Shown here piece by piece: positions 41,211 through 49,636 of a stretch of 62,777 bases of DNA (positions within the stretch are counted from its first letter, which is position 1; each line of letters starts with the position of its first letter). Below the pieces are notes generated by a model that saw nothing but the letters and a program-made list of their open reading frames with translations, was not told where the DNA came from and did no database searches. The stretch is from an uncultured Alphaproteobacteria bacterium (GTDB lineage Bacteria > Pseudomonadota > Alphaproteobacteria > RF32 > CAG-239). Location of the stretch: positions 1-62,777 of the forward strand of contig CALXZI010000004.1 in the NCBI GenBank assembly GCA_944393205.1. Direction: 5' to 3'. Position numbers and translations under genes: made by a program.

Positions 41211-41218
41211 ATTGGTGA
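41202..41218 (+). repeat. 17-nt direct repeat, copy 1 (AGGTTTTTTATTGGTGA)
   Basis: Identical 17-mer recurs at 41396-41412. Confidence 0.8.
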
Positions 41219-41231
41219 GCCCGACGGGATT
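41213..41231 (-). repeat. 19-nt exact duplicate of the 3' end (with CCA) of tRNA-Lys; att-like
   Basis: TGGTGAGCCCGACGGGATT is identical to 42095-42113, in the same orientation as the tRNA gene. Confidence 0.75.
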
Positions 41232-41373
41232 GGGTACTCCCGCTGTGCGGGTCCTCCTCGCGTCGTAAGGTTCAAACATCGCATTTTGCCAAGCGATTTG
41301 CTAGGCTCGATGCTCGTTTTCACCAACTTCCCGCTCCGAACCTATGGCTTCTTTCCGAGCCAGACTTACCAAC

Positions 41374-41404
41374 AAAAAACCCCTCCGCAAGGGAGAGGTT
41401 TTTT
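41374..41404. terminator. Imperfect GC-rich hairpin with flanking A-run and T-run
   Basis: AAAAAA-CCCCTCC-GCAA-GGGAGAGG-TTTTTT, with one mismatch in the stem. Confidence 0.45.
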
Positions 41405-41412
41405 ATTGGTGA
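41396..41412 (+). repeat. 17-nt direct repeat, copy 2 (AGGTTTTTTATTGGTGA)
   Basis: Identical to 41202-41218. Confidence 0.8.
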
Positions 41413-41494
41413 TGCTTTCCACACCGTTTACGAACGGAATTTACTTGACTTTATTCCTAACAAAGCTAAACTATGCTGAATAAAATTAATAATT

Positions 41495-41920
41495 ATGCAT
41501 ATGAAAATATTATTAGGTCTCATGTTGTGTTTTTTGAGTATACAAATATATCGAAAAACAGTAGAACAAAAAAAATTATTAAAAAAATTTCTAAACGGTT
41601 CTCAGTCCGTAATGATAAAAGTATTAAACAAATCTCTCAGCTTTCGGAAGCGTTACAGTTTTTTTCAACTTGATGACAGTGTTGCCGAATTGTGTTTTTT
41701 AGGAGAAGTATTGATAAATGGCGTATCCTATAAAGCCACCATTATTGCGCCACCACAAACAAACGTGGGAGAAACATATATAATGAACGGATATTATTAT
41801 CCGAGTTCCCGGCTTTTTATACCCAGCAATGATAATATCTACACTTATAAAGTTAGAAAATACTTCATTCCTTACTTATTTCCCAAAGCAATCATGTATC
41901 GTAAATCCTCTAATTTTTAA
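41495..41920 (+). CDS. Hypothetical small secreted/membrane protein in AT-rich DNA
   Basis: N-terminal hydrophobic 'ILLGLMLCFLSIQIY'. No RBS and very AT-rich, so it may not be a real gene. Confidence 0.35.
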   Translation: MHMKILLGLMLCFLSIQIYRKTVEQKKLLKKFLNGSQSVMIKVLNKSLSFRKRYSFFQLDDSVAELCFLGEVLINGVSYKATIIAPPQTNVGETYIMNGYYYPSSRLFIPSNDNIYTYKVRKYFIPYLFPKAIMYRKSSNF

Positions 41921-42094
41921 AATTAGGGGATTTCAATTTTAAATCAGAACAACTCTTTGGAAAATAAAAAATTTCAGACTAACACGTTCGTAAAATCTTC
42001 CCAAAATGACATTTTCAAATTTACAACATTCGAACTAGGTTAAGTGCTTGAATTATAAAAGAAAAACGGCGGTTTTTATACCTGCCGTTTGAAA

Positions 42095-42170
42095 TGGTGA
42101 GCCCGACGGGATTCGAACCCATGACCCTTTGATTAAAAGTCAAATGCTCTACCGACTGAGCTACGAGCCC
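42095..42170 (-). tRNA. tRNA-Lys (anticodon UUU), CCA encoded
   Basis: The reverse complement reads GGGCTCG-TA-GCTCAGTCGGTAGAGC-A-TTTGA-CTTTTAA-TCAAA-GGGTC-ATGGG-TTCGAAT-CCCGT-CGGGCTC-A-CCA. This is a full cloverleaf with a canonical T-loop. Confidence 0.93.
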
Positions 42171-42324
42171 TCAAATTGATGTGCTGATATATAGATGATA
42201 AAAATATAGGTGTCAATAAAAAAATAAAAAAAGTTAAAAAAAGTGAAATTGCTGTTTATTTATTAATAATTATATGTTATGTTCTTGTAAGATTATGGTG
42301 AAATTAATGTCTACAGAGGTTAAA

Positions 42325-42645
42325 ATGGCTGAAAATAACGTACAAGAGACCACAAAAAGCAGATATGATATTTTGCAAAATGATAAAGGTGAAATCTTGC
42401 TGATTATTCAACAACGCAACGGCGGGCCTGAAAATCCGTTGTTTGTGTATGACGGATCACAATATGCACTTTTATACCGCGGTCAAGAAAGTACGGTTTA
42501 TTTTGATGATATCGCCGAAGGTGCCCGTTCCCCTCTGAAATCCGTGACCTCTATGCAAATCGTGGAAATTAATAATGATGAGGCGGTCAGAGAGTATACA
42601 GTTCCGGTTAGAATCGTTAAGGATGTGAAATCACTGATGGATTAA
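42325..42645 (+). CDS. Small soluble hypothetical protein (106 aa)
   Basis: AGAGG RBS 7 nt before the ATG at 42325. No family recognised. Confidence 0.5.
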   Translation: MAENNVQETTKSRYDILQNDKGEILLIIQQRNGGPENPLFVYDGSQYALLYRGQESTVYFDDIAEGARSPLKSVTSMQIVEINNDEAVREYTVPVRIVKDVKSLMD

Positions 42646-42664
42646 CGCTTAAATCCTCTTTTTT

Positions 42665-42686
42665 AAGGGGCTTGACGCCCCTTTTT
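42665..42686 (+). terminator. Intrinsic terminator 14 nt upstream of the NuoL-like start
   Basis: AGGGGC-TTGAC-GCCCCT followed by TTTT. Confidence 0.7.
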
Positions 42687-42699
42687 AGTAGGTTTTCAA

Positions 42700-44379
42700 A
42701 TGATTGCAAATATTGTTATATGCTTGTTGGCGTTGGGAGTTTTATCTTTGGTAAAAACACGCCGGCGTTATGCTTATGTCATTATCGCCGGTTCTTTTCT
42801 AGCGTTGGTTTTGTTGGCAATGTATTTTTTACGTTCTTGGACAGCCGGCATAGAAACCGAATTCTTGGTATTATGGGACAGCTCGGCTAGCGGTGATATC
42901 AAACTTGTTATCAATTCAATATCACGCAATTATGGTATGATCTTTCCTTTTTTTGTTATTGTATTGGCGGCACTGTTTAATAATCTTTTTTTCCGCTATG
43001 AAAAGAGAAAAAAAGCTTTTTCATCTTTGATGATTTTTATGCTCTGCGCCTTTATTATGCTCATATCCGGAGAAAATTTCGTTCAGATTATTACGTTTGT
43101 GTTTGTTATTGATATTTTAAGCCAAATTCTTATTCAAGATGTTCAAGCAAGTCGCCGTTACGGGATTTATAATTTGGTGGCCGATATGGGGCTGTTTTTG
43201 GTGTTCGCCTTGATGCGCGGCGAACTGGATAATTTGGATATGCCTTCGTTGATTGAATATTATAATGACGGACAATATCAAAATCTGATTATCATCGTGA
43301 TGATGATTAGTTTGTTTATCAAGTTTGGTTTCTTTATTTTCCATAGTTATCTACTTGATTTGCAAAGTGCCAGATTTCATCGTCTGATTTTGATACCCTA
43401 TCTGTCAACGCCTATGGTGGCATTGGTACTGTTTGTTAAGCTTAAACCTTTTCTTATTGAATCGGCACTTTTTTGTTTTGCGTTAGATATCGTTTTGGCC
43501 TTGACAATCTTGTGGGGAGCCGCCGGCGCCGTTATCATGAACAATTTGAAAGAAAAGACAATTTATTTTAGCATGATGGTTACTGCTTTGTTGGTAAAAG
43601 TGGCGGCAAATAAAACGTTTGAATGGAATATTGCATATTCATGGCTACTGATTTGCGGTTTTTTGTTTAACCTTTGTGTTTACTATCTGCATTATTATAC
43701 GAATCGTGATAATACGTTGGCTTTTTTCCGCAAAACACAAGGAGTTGACACTTTGCCGTTGTATATTGTGTCTGGTGCGACAATGATTGTGATTGCGGCA
43801 TTTTGTGCTTGTTTGGTAAGTTTCTACGTGCCGCAAAACAGGAGCTGGATATTGGGGTTTGGCTGTTTGTTTTTACCGGTTGCCGCTAATATGTTTAGCC
43901 GGTTGATAGGTACGGAAACCGATAAACCGGAATCGTTTGCTTTTCAAGCTACCGATTATCGTCCCGTTCCGGTATTGTTAATGATTTTTACCGTTTCGGC
44001 TTTATCGGCGGTTGTCGCACATGCTGCATGGAAAACGGCCGCGGCGGTCATGGGAATTTTTATCTTACTGGTGTATTTGCGTCCTTTGCAACGTTGGTTT
44101 AAAAATGATGATTTTGTCAATCTGCAGCGCGCTGATTTCTTTTCAAACCTCTATACTTTTCTAATCGCGCGCCCGATTCGTTTTACGGGACGTATCTTGA
44201 CTTTGTTGGTTGATTTTGTGTTTTTTGAAAGAATGTTGGTGGCCGCTTTTATGTTGGGCGCCGGCGTTATGGTCCGAAGTTTCCGTCAGATTAATCGGGA
44301 AGGGGGGCTGCGTTATGTTTTATTTGTGATGACGGCGTTTGCAGTGTTGGCTGTGTTTTTGTTGAGAGGTAAAATTTGA
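42700..44379 (+). CDS. nuoL: Highly diverged NuoL-like (complex I/Mrp antiporter-like, PF00361-type) membrane subunit
   Basis: 559 aa, polytopic. 'LFIKFGFFIFHSYLLDL' compares with canonical GKSAQxPxHxWLPDAM. The C-terminal 'ADFFSNLYTFLIARP...RSFRQINREGGLRYV' compares with the NuoL tail FDxLYxxxxxxP...LRxLQTGxxxxY. It is first of three coupled genes upstream of birA-rnj. Confidence 0.6.
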   Translation: MIANIVICLLALGVLSLVKTRRRYAYVIIAGSFLALVLLAMYFLRSWTAGIETEFLVLWDSSASGDIKLVINSISRNYGMIFPFFVIVLAALFNNLFFRYEKRKKAFSSLMIFMLCAFIMLISGENFVQIITFVFVIDILSQILIQDVQASRRYGIYNLVADMGLFLVFALMRGELDNLDMPSLIEYYNDGQYQNLIIIVMMISLFIKFGFFIFHSYLLDLQSARFHRLILIPYLSTPMVALVLFVKLKPFLIESALFCFALDIVLALTILWGAAGAVIMNNLKEKTIYFSMMVTALLVKVAANKTFEWNIAYSWLLICGFLFNLCVYYLHYYTNRDNTLAFFRKTQGVDTLPLYIVSGATMIVIAAFCACLVSFYVPQNRSWILGFGCLFLPVAANMFSRLIGTETDKPESFAFQATDYRPVPVLLMIFTVSALSAVVAHAAWKTAAAVMGIFILLVYLRPLQRWFKNDDFVNLQRADFFSNLYTFLIARPIRFTGRILTLLVDFVFFERMLVAAFMLGAGVMVRSFRQINREGGLRYVLFVMTAFAVLAVFLLRGKI

Positions 44380-45803
44380 TGTTTTTAAACCTAATACCGA
44401 TTATCATTTTTTTACCATTGTTGGGAAGTTTGTTTGTGGCTGGTTCGCGCAATGATGCCGGCGGTTATTCTTATAACGCCGTCAATGTTGCTGTTTGGGT
44501 TGTTTGCTGTAATGTTTTATTAATTTTAAAACTGTTTGCTTCTATAGAAGTTAATTTGGATCAGATACAAGCAATTGTGCAAATTCCTTGGCCGATTGCT
44601 CCGAGCGGTGCTTTGTTTTTTGGAGCCGATATGCTGGGATTGATGATTGTTTTGGGTATACATGGGGCTTTGCTTTTAGGTATTTTGGGTTTGAAAGATT
44701 TTTTATATGGGCAGCGCGGCGTGTTGTTTTTTGCCATGTTCTTTTTGAGCGCGGCAACGGGCTTTTTTATGGCGGCAGATTTGTTTTCATTTTATATGTT
44801 TTTTGTGCTTATGATTTGTCCGTTGTTTGCACAAATCGGTTTAATAAGCAAAGGCAACGCTCAAAAAACGCCATCCAGATTCTTTTTATATAATTTCGTT
44901 GGTGCAATTTTATTGTTGGTGCCGGTGGCGGTAATATATACGATGGAAAATAAGACCGTGTTGATTGCTGATATTGCCATGTTGCAAATGCCGGATGGTT
45001 CAGGTATCCTGATCTGGAGCAGTATATTTTTGGCGTTTATCTTACGGTTGCCGGTATGGCCTTTTCATTATTGGATTAGTTCGGTTAATACGGTTTTGAA
45101 AAATCCATTGGTCTTTACCTGCGTTAACTTATTGCCAATCTCGGGATTGTACGGATTTATTCGTTTTTGGCCGGCAGCGTTACCCGTGGAAATATCATCG
45201 TTGGTTCCTTTTTTTGAAACTTTGTGTGTTATTACAATGTTGTATCTGGCTTTCAGCGGTTACAGTTCTACAAGTTTACGCGATAAAATGTTTTCTTATA
45301 TCTTTATATATTATCTGCTTTATCTTTTAGGTGTTTTTTCACCAACGGACGTCTTAAAACAAAATATCGCTTATTCTTTGTTTGCTTTTATGTTGGTGGC
45401 GGCAGGCATGATCATGATTGTTTTTCATATTGATAATGAGAGCAGTAAACTGCAAAATTCATCCGGCGGCATTTTATGTTTGCAGCCAAAAGCTGCATTT
45501 TCATATGCACTTTTATTATTAGCCGGCATTGGTTTTCCGGTATCGGCGCTGTTTTGGAACAATTTTGTGATTATGTCTGAAATTTTGAATGCAAATGTGT
45601 GGGTAGGGACGGTGGCGGTTTTTACTATATTGCTGACAGCTATTTTTCAGTTGCAAAATTTGTATGATTTACGTGATAAATCGTGTTTGTTGACGGGACA
45701 GGAAAAAGTTTATGATATTGATAATCTGCGTTTTGCCGCCGGTACCATTGTTATGATTGTTTTGTTTTTATCATTTATTAAACCGTTATGGTTTGTGTAT
45801 TGA
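44379..45803 (+). CDS. nuoM: Highly diverged NuoM-like membrane subunit
   Basis: 'AADLFSFYMFFVLMICPLF...SRFFLYNFVGAILLL' compares with ALDLFLFYVFWELMLIPMY...AAIKFFLYTLxGSLLML. 'FLAFILRLPVWPFHYW...LLPISGLYGFIRF' compares with FIAFAVKxPxxPxHTWLPDAH...LLKxGxYGxxRF. The ATG at 44379 overlaps the upstream stop (TGATG). Confidence 0.65.
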   Translation: MFLNLIPIIIFLPLLGSLFVAGSRNDAGGYSYNAVNVAVWVVCCNVLLILKLFASIEVNLDQIQAIVQIPWPIAPSGALFFGADMLGLMIVLGIHGALLLGILGLKDFLYGQRGVLFFAMFFLSAATGFFMAADLFSFYMFFVLMICPLFAQIGLISKGNAQKTPSRFFLYNFVGAILLLVPVAVIYTMENKTVLIADIAMLQMPDGSGILIWSSIFLAFILRLPVWPFHYWISSVNTVLKNPLVFTCVNLLPISGLYGFIRFWPAALPVEISSLVPFFETLCVITMLYLAFSGYSSTSLRDKMFSYIFIYYLLYLLGVFSPTDVLKQNIAYSLFAFMLVAAGMIMIVFHIDNESSKLQNSSGGILCLQPKAAFSYALLLLAGIGFPVSALFWNNFVIMSEILNANVWVGTVAVFTILLTAIFQLQNLYDLRDKSCLLTGQEKVYDIDNLRFAAGTIVMIVLFLSFIKPLWFVY

Positions 45804-47221
45804 CCGAAAGCGAAAAGATGAATGAAATGTTAGGTATATTAAATATTGTTTCCCTCGTTGCCGGTATTTTGTGGCTTATATTGCGTCGCATATGGGGCGA
45901 GGCCTCCGTTAAAGATTATTTTACGGCAACGCAGACGGCGGTGTTGGCCAGTATTGTTTTTTCGCTTTTGTTTGATGAGTATACGCCCTTTGCGCCCTAT
46001 GTCTCGGCCGATGCTTCGGCAACATTGGTTTATATTTTAACGGCCGGTGTTGTATATATATGGCTTTCTTTATCACAAAAATGGTTTTCGGCAGAAAATC
46101 TGCAAGCTAACCTGTTTTGTGTTTTGGCATTGTCGGCGTTGGCGGCGTGCCAGATAGTGAATATTGCCGGAAATTTAGCTGTTATGTTTGTCGGTATAGG
46201 ACTTTTATTGACGGTTAATTATCTGTTTTTGTATTTGAGCCAACAAACGGAAGAACTGCATAACATCTGCAGCCGCTATGGTTTAAGCGCTTTGTTTTTT
46301 GCCGTTTTGGCCTGCGTGTCTTTATATTTGCTTACGCCGTCCGGTTGGGGATTGAAACAACTTGCAGATACGGTATCGTCTTTGAATGTTTCGGAACTTT
46401 ATATGACGGTTGCCGGTATTTTGTTTATCTTTTTGTTTATGTTGGCGATTGCACCGTTGCATTTTTGGTTTGCCGATACAATAGCACCAGCCGTGTTGCC
46501 GGTGGCGGCGTATTTCAGTCTGGTGCCGCAGATTAGTTTATGGACGGCTTTTTTGAAGATTAATTATTCGTTTTTGTATCCGGTGATGGATAATATAGAC
46601 GGCGTTTATATCATATTTGGTATTTTGTCGGTTTTTGCCGGTGCAATCGGCGCTAATACCAGTCGCCATCTACGGAAGATATTTGCTTGCGGCGGTATTT
46701 ATCATCTGGGAGTTATGCTGCTTGTTATTGCTTCGTTTACAGATCAAGCCGTTTTAATCGGTCTGAATTATATGCAAATGTATATTTTGGCCATGACCGG
46801 TATTTATGTCGTTTTTTATGCCTTCAAGAGCAGGGGGGATTATTTGTATAATTTGAATATGGTCGGCGGTTTTGCCAAAGTTCATCCTTTTGTAGCCGGT
46901 GCTTTGTTATTTTTTACGGCATCGCTTATCGGTATGGCGCCGTTACCGGGGTTTGGTGCAATGTGGGCCGTATTAAAAGAATTTACCTCGGCACATCATT
47001 TTGCTCTGATTGCCGTGATGTTAGGCGGGTTGTTGCTGTTGTTGCCGGCGTATTTGCAAGTGGCCAGATCAGTTTGTTTTGCCCAAAAGCAGGAAAATTT
47101 TGACCGAATGGAAAATAATATTTATTTTTACTTGTTTTTATTGGCAGCTTTAATGTTGTTTTTAACAATATATCCGCAATTTTGGGATAACCGTATGCCT
47201 TGGATTATTTTGGCAGGGTAA
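45788..47221 (+). CDS. nuoN: Highly diverged NuoN-like membrane subunit
   Basis: Polytopic. 'LFMLAIAPLHFWFADTIAPAVLPVAAYFSLVPQISLW' compares with GLAFKLGAVPFHMWxPDVYEGAPTPVTAFLSxxPK. It sits directly before birA. The start could be 45788 (overlapping the upstream gene) or the ATG at 45818. Confidence 0.6.
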   Translation: MVCVLTESEKMNEMLGILNIVSLVAGILWLILRRIWGEASVKDYFTATQTAVLASIVFSLLFDEYTPFAPYVSADASATLVYILTAGVVYIWLSLSQKWFSAENLQANLFCVLALSALAACQIVNIAGNLAVMFVGIGLLLTVNYLFLYLSQQTEELHNICSRYGLSALFFAVLACVSLYLLTPSGWGLKQLADTVSSLNVSELYMTVAGILFIFLFMLAIAPLHFWFADTIAPAVLPVAAYFSLVPQISLWTAFLKINYSFLYPVMDNIDGVYIIFGILSVFAGAIGANTSRHLRKIFACGGIYHLGVMLLVIASFTDQAVLIGLNYMQMYILAMTGIYVVFYAFKSRGDYLYNLNMVGGFAKVHPFVAGALLFFTASLIGMAPLPGFGAMWAVLKEFTSAHHFALIAVMLGGLLLLLPAYLQVARSVCFAQKQENFDRMENNIYFYLFLLAALMLFLTIYPQFWDNRMPWIILAG

Positions 47222-47222
47222 G

Positions 47223-47945
47223 ATGGATAATATCGGTTCTTGGTTATGGCTTGATCTGGAAGAAACGCAAAGCACCAATGATGCGGTTGATAGGTGGTGC
47301 CAAGAATGCGGACAACCCTGTGTGGTGACGGCAAAGCGGCAAACGGCGGGCAGAGGGCGGCGCGGTCGCTCATGGATCAGCCAAGAAGGTAATTTGTTTA
47401 TGTCGTTTGCTTTTCCGGCGCCGGTTGAAAATATCGGAGAAATGGCAGTTTTAAGCGGATTGGCCGTTTTAAAAACAGTACGTTGTTTTTGCCCGAATGC
47501 AAACTTGAAAGTTAAATGGCCGAATGACGTTTTAGCTGATGGCGGAAAAATTTCCGGAATTTTGTTTGAACGTGCGACAAACGGCTTTTGGATTATGGGT
47601 ATCGGCATTAATGTGAGGTCAAATCCTTTAAAATCGGTTGCCGGTTATCGGACAATGAGCCTTAATGCTTTGGGTGCTAAAGCGGAACGGATTGAGGTTT
47701 TGCATCAATTTGTCATGCAATGGGACGAACTTATGCTTTTATATCAGCACACTGGTTTTGAGGTTTTGCGTCGGCAATGGCTTGACAATGCGTATAATCT
47801 TGGTAAAACAATAGTTGTTAGACAAGGAACTGCGGAAATATGCGGCATTTTTGCAGGTTTGGATGATGATGGCGCTTTGTTGCTTGATACCGATGGCAAA
47901 ATTAAGAAAATTTTGGCCGGAGATGTGATGTTGAATAACAATTAA
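47223..47945 (+). CDS. birA: Biotin-[acetyl-CoA-carboxylase] ligase (group I, no N-terminal HTH)
   Basis: 'QTAGRGRRGRSWIS', 'KWPNDVL' and 'GKISGIL'. 240 aa. Confidence 0.9.
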   Translation: MDNIGSWLWLDLEETQSTNDAVDRWCQECGQPCVVTAKRQTAGRGRRGRSWISQEGNLFMSFAFPAPVENIGEMAVLSGLAVLKTVRCFCPNANLKVKWPNDVLADGGKISGILFERATNGFWIMGIGINVRSNPLKSVAGYRTMSLNALGAKAERIEVLHQFVMQWDELMLLYQHTGFEVLRRQWLDNAYNLGKTIVVRQGTAEICGIFAGLDDDGALLLDTDGKIKKILAGDVMLNNN

Positions 47946-47953
47946 GGAAACAA

Positions 47954-49612
47954 ATGGAATATAAAAACAAAAGAGGAATTTATTTTTTGCCGCTGGGCGG
48001 CGCCGATGAAATCGGGATGAATATGTATGCATACGGCGTTAACGGCAAATGGATTGTGGTGGATGCCGGATACGGTTTTTTAAATGATGATTACCCAGGA
48101 ATGGATATGTGTTATGCTTCACCGGAGTTTTTGGCGGATTTTAAAGATGATGTGTTGGGCTTGTTTATTACTCACGGACATGAAGACCATATGGGCGCGG
48201 TTGCCCATGTTTGGCCGGCGTTGCAATGTCCGGTTTATGCCACGCCGTTTGCAAGCGGATTGATTAAGGAACGTTTGCGCGAATATCAGATGGATAAAAT
48301 CGTGCCGCTTGAAATTGTGCAAGGCGGCGATGAAATCAGCAAAGGCAATTTTAAGATAAAATATGTGCCGTTGGTGCATTCGGTGCCGGAAACTTGCGGT
48401 TTGTTTATCAGCACGCCTTTCGGTAATATTTTTCATGCGACCGACTGGCGTTTTGACGACGGGCGTTTGGATATGCTGCCGACCGGCATGAAAGAGCTTG
48501 AAGCTGCCGGCGGGCAGGGGATTGATATGTTTGTGTGCGATTCAACCAATGTGATGCTGGAAAAACAACAACCGAGCGAATTTGAAGTGCGGCAAAATCT
48601 GATGACGCTTATCCCGCAAATTGAGGGCGGGCTGATTGTGACGTGCTTTGCTTCCAACCTGATGCGGTTGGAAACTTTGGTGTTGGCCGCCAAAGAGGCA
48701 AATCGGACACCGGTTTTATTGGGGCGGAGTTTGCTGACAAATATGAAAGTTGCCAAAGAATGCGGCTATTTTAAGGATTTACCCAAAGTTTACAAACCGG
48801 AGCAAGTGCAGGGGATTACCGCCGATAAGGCGCTTTATATCTGCACCGGCTCGCAGGCTAACTATCGCAGCGCTTTGAGCATGATTGTCAAAGGCGAAAG
48901 CAAGTATGTCAAACTTTGCGACAGTGATACGATTATATTTTCTTCTAAAATTATCCCCGGCAATGAAGAAAAAATTGAGCATATGCAAGAGCAGATGATT
49001 GATCAAGGCGTTACGGTGATTACCGAAGAGACTGATTTGGTGCATACTTCCGGCCATCCGTCTAAAAACGAATTGCAGGCAATGTATAATATTTTGAAAC
49101 CGAAAATTGTGTTTCCGGTGCATGGTGACAAGCGTTTTATCCGTGAGCATAAGCGCTTTGCCTTAAATTGCGGCATTCAAGACGTGTGTTCGGGGCAAAA
49201 CGGTGATGTGTTCTTTTTGCAAGACGGAAAAATCAGCAAAGAAGAGGAAGTCGCAGCCGATGTTATCGGCGTTGACCGCGGACGTCCGGTGTCCTTAAAC
49301 TCGGATTTGGTGCATAACCGGCGGCGGATTGCCTATAACTGCAGCCTGTTTATCAGCGCGGTTATCGGAGCGGATAACAAAGTTGCGGATTTGGAGATTT
49401 CTTCCATTGATATTCTGGAAGAAAAAGAATGGACTGCGCTGGCGGAAGAAATTAAAGCAAAGGTTGTTCCGCTGATTGAAGAAAAAATCAGCTCATGCGG
49501 CGGGTTGAATGCTGCTGCCAAAGATTTTATCCGAAGCCGCATCCGCAAGATGGTATATCAGGCAACTGACATTAAACCGGTGACGTTTTGCCACATTTAC
49601 CAAGAACAGTAA
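47954..49612 (+). CDS. rnj: Ribonuclease J (metallo-beta-lactamase/beta-CASP)
   Basis: 'LGGADEIGMNMY', 'ITHGHEDHMGA', 'HATDWRFD' and 'VHTSGHPSKNEL'. 552 aa. AAGGAA RBS. Confidence 0.92.
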   Translation: MEYKNKRGIYFLPLGGADEIGMNMYAYGVNGKWIVVDAGYGFLNDDYPGMDMCYASPEFLADFKDDVLGLFITHGHEDHMGAVAHVWPALQCPVYATPFASGLIKERLREYQMDKIVPLEIVQGGDEISKGNFKIKYVPLVHSVPETCGLFISTPFGNIFHATDWRFDDGRLDMLPTGMKELEAAGGQGIDMFVCDSTNVMLEKQQPSEFEVRQNLMTLIPQIEGGLIVTCFASNLMRLETLVLAAKEANRTPVLLGRSLLTNMKVAKECGYFKDLPKVYKPEQVQGITADKALYICTGSQANYRSALSMIVKGESKYVKLCDSDTIIFSSKIIPGNEEKIEHMQEQMIDQGVTVITEETDLVHTSGHPSKNELQAMYNILKPKIVFPVHGDKRFIREHKRFALNCGIQDVCSGQNGDVFFLQDGKISKEEEVAADVIGVDRGRPVSLNSDLVHNRRRIAYNCSLFISAVIGADNKVADLEISSIDILEEKEWTALAEEIKAKVVPLIEEKISSCGGLNAAAKDFIRSRIRKMVYQATDIKPVTFCHIYQEQ

Positions 49613-49636
49613 TTTTTAATATTTGAGGAGGAAACA

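Noticed and set aside
41213-41373. Possible tmRNA (ssrA), including the two-piece alphaproteobacterial form, because the minus-strand RNA would end in a T-arm/acceptor/ACCA.
   Set aside because: The acceptor 3' strand (CGGGCTC-A-CCA) is that of tRNA-Lys and cannot give the G3:U70 alanine identity pair. The T-loop is non-canonical. I found no tag-like reading frame ending in AA-stop. Downstream of the CCA there is only a hairpin and AT-rich DNA, not a coding piece.
41286-41673. Short ORFs (65-66 aa) across the GC-rich segment and AT-rich DNA next to the tRNA-Lys repeat.
   Set aside because: They run through hairpin/terminator elements and direct repeats, and have no RBS and no coding-like periodicity.
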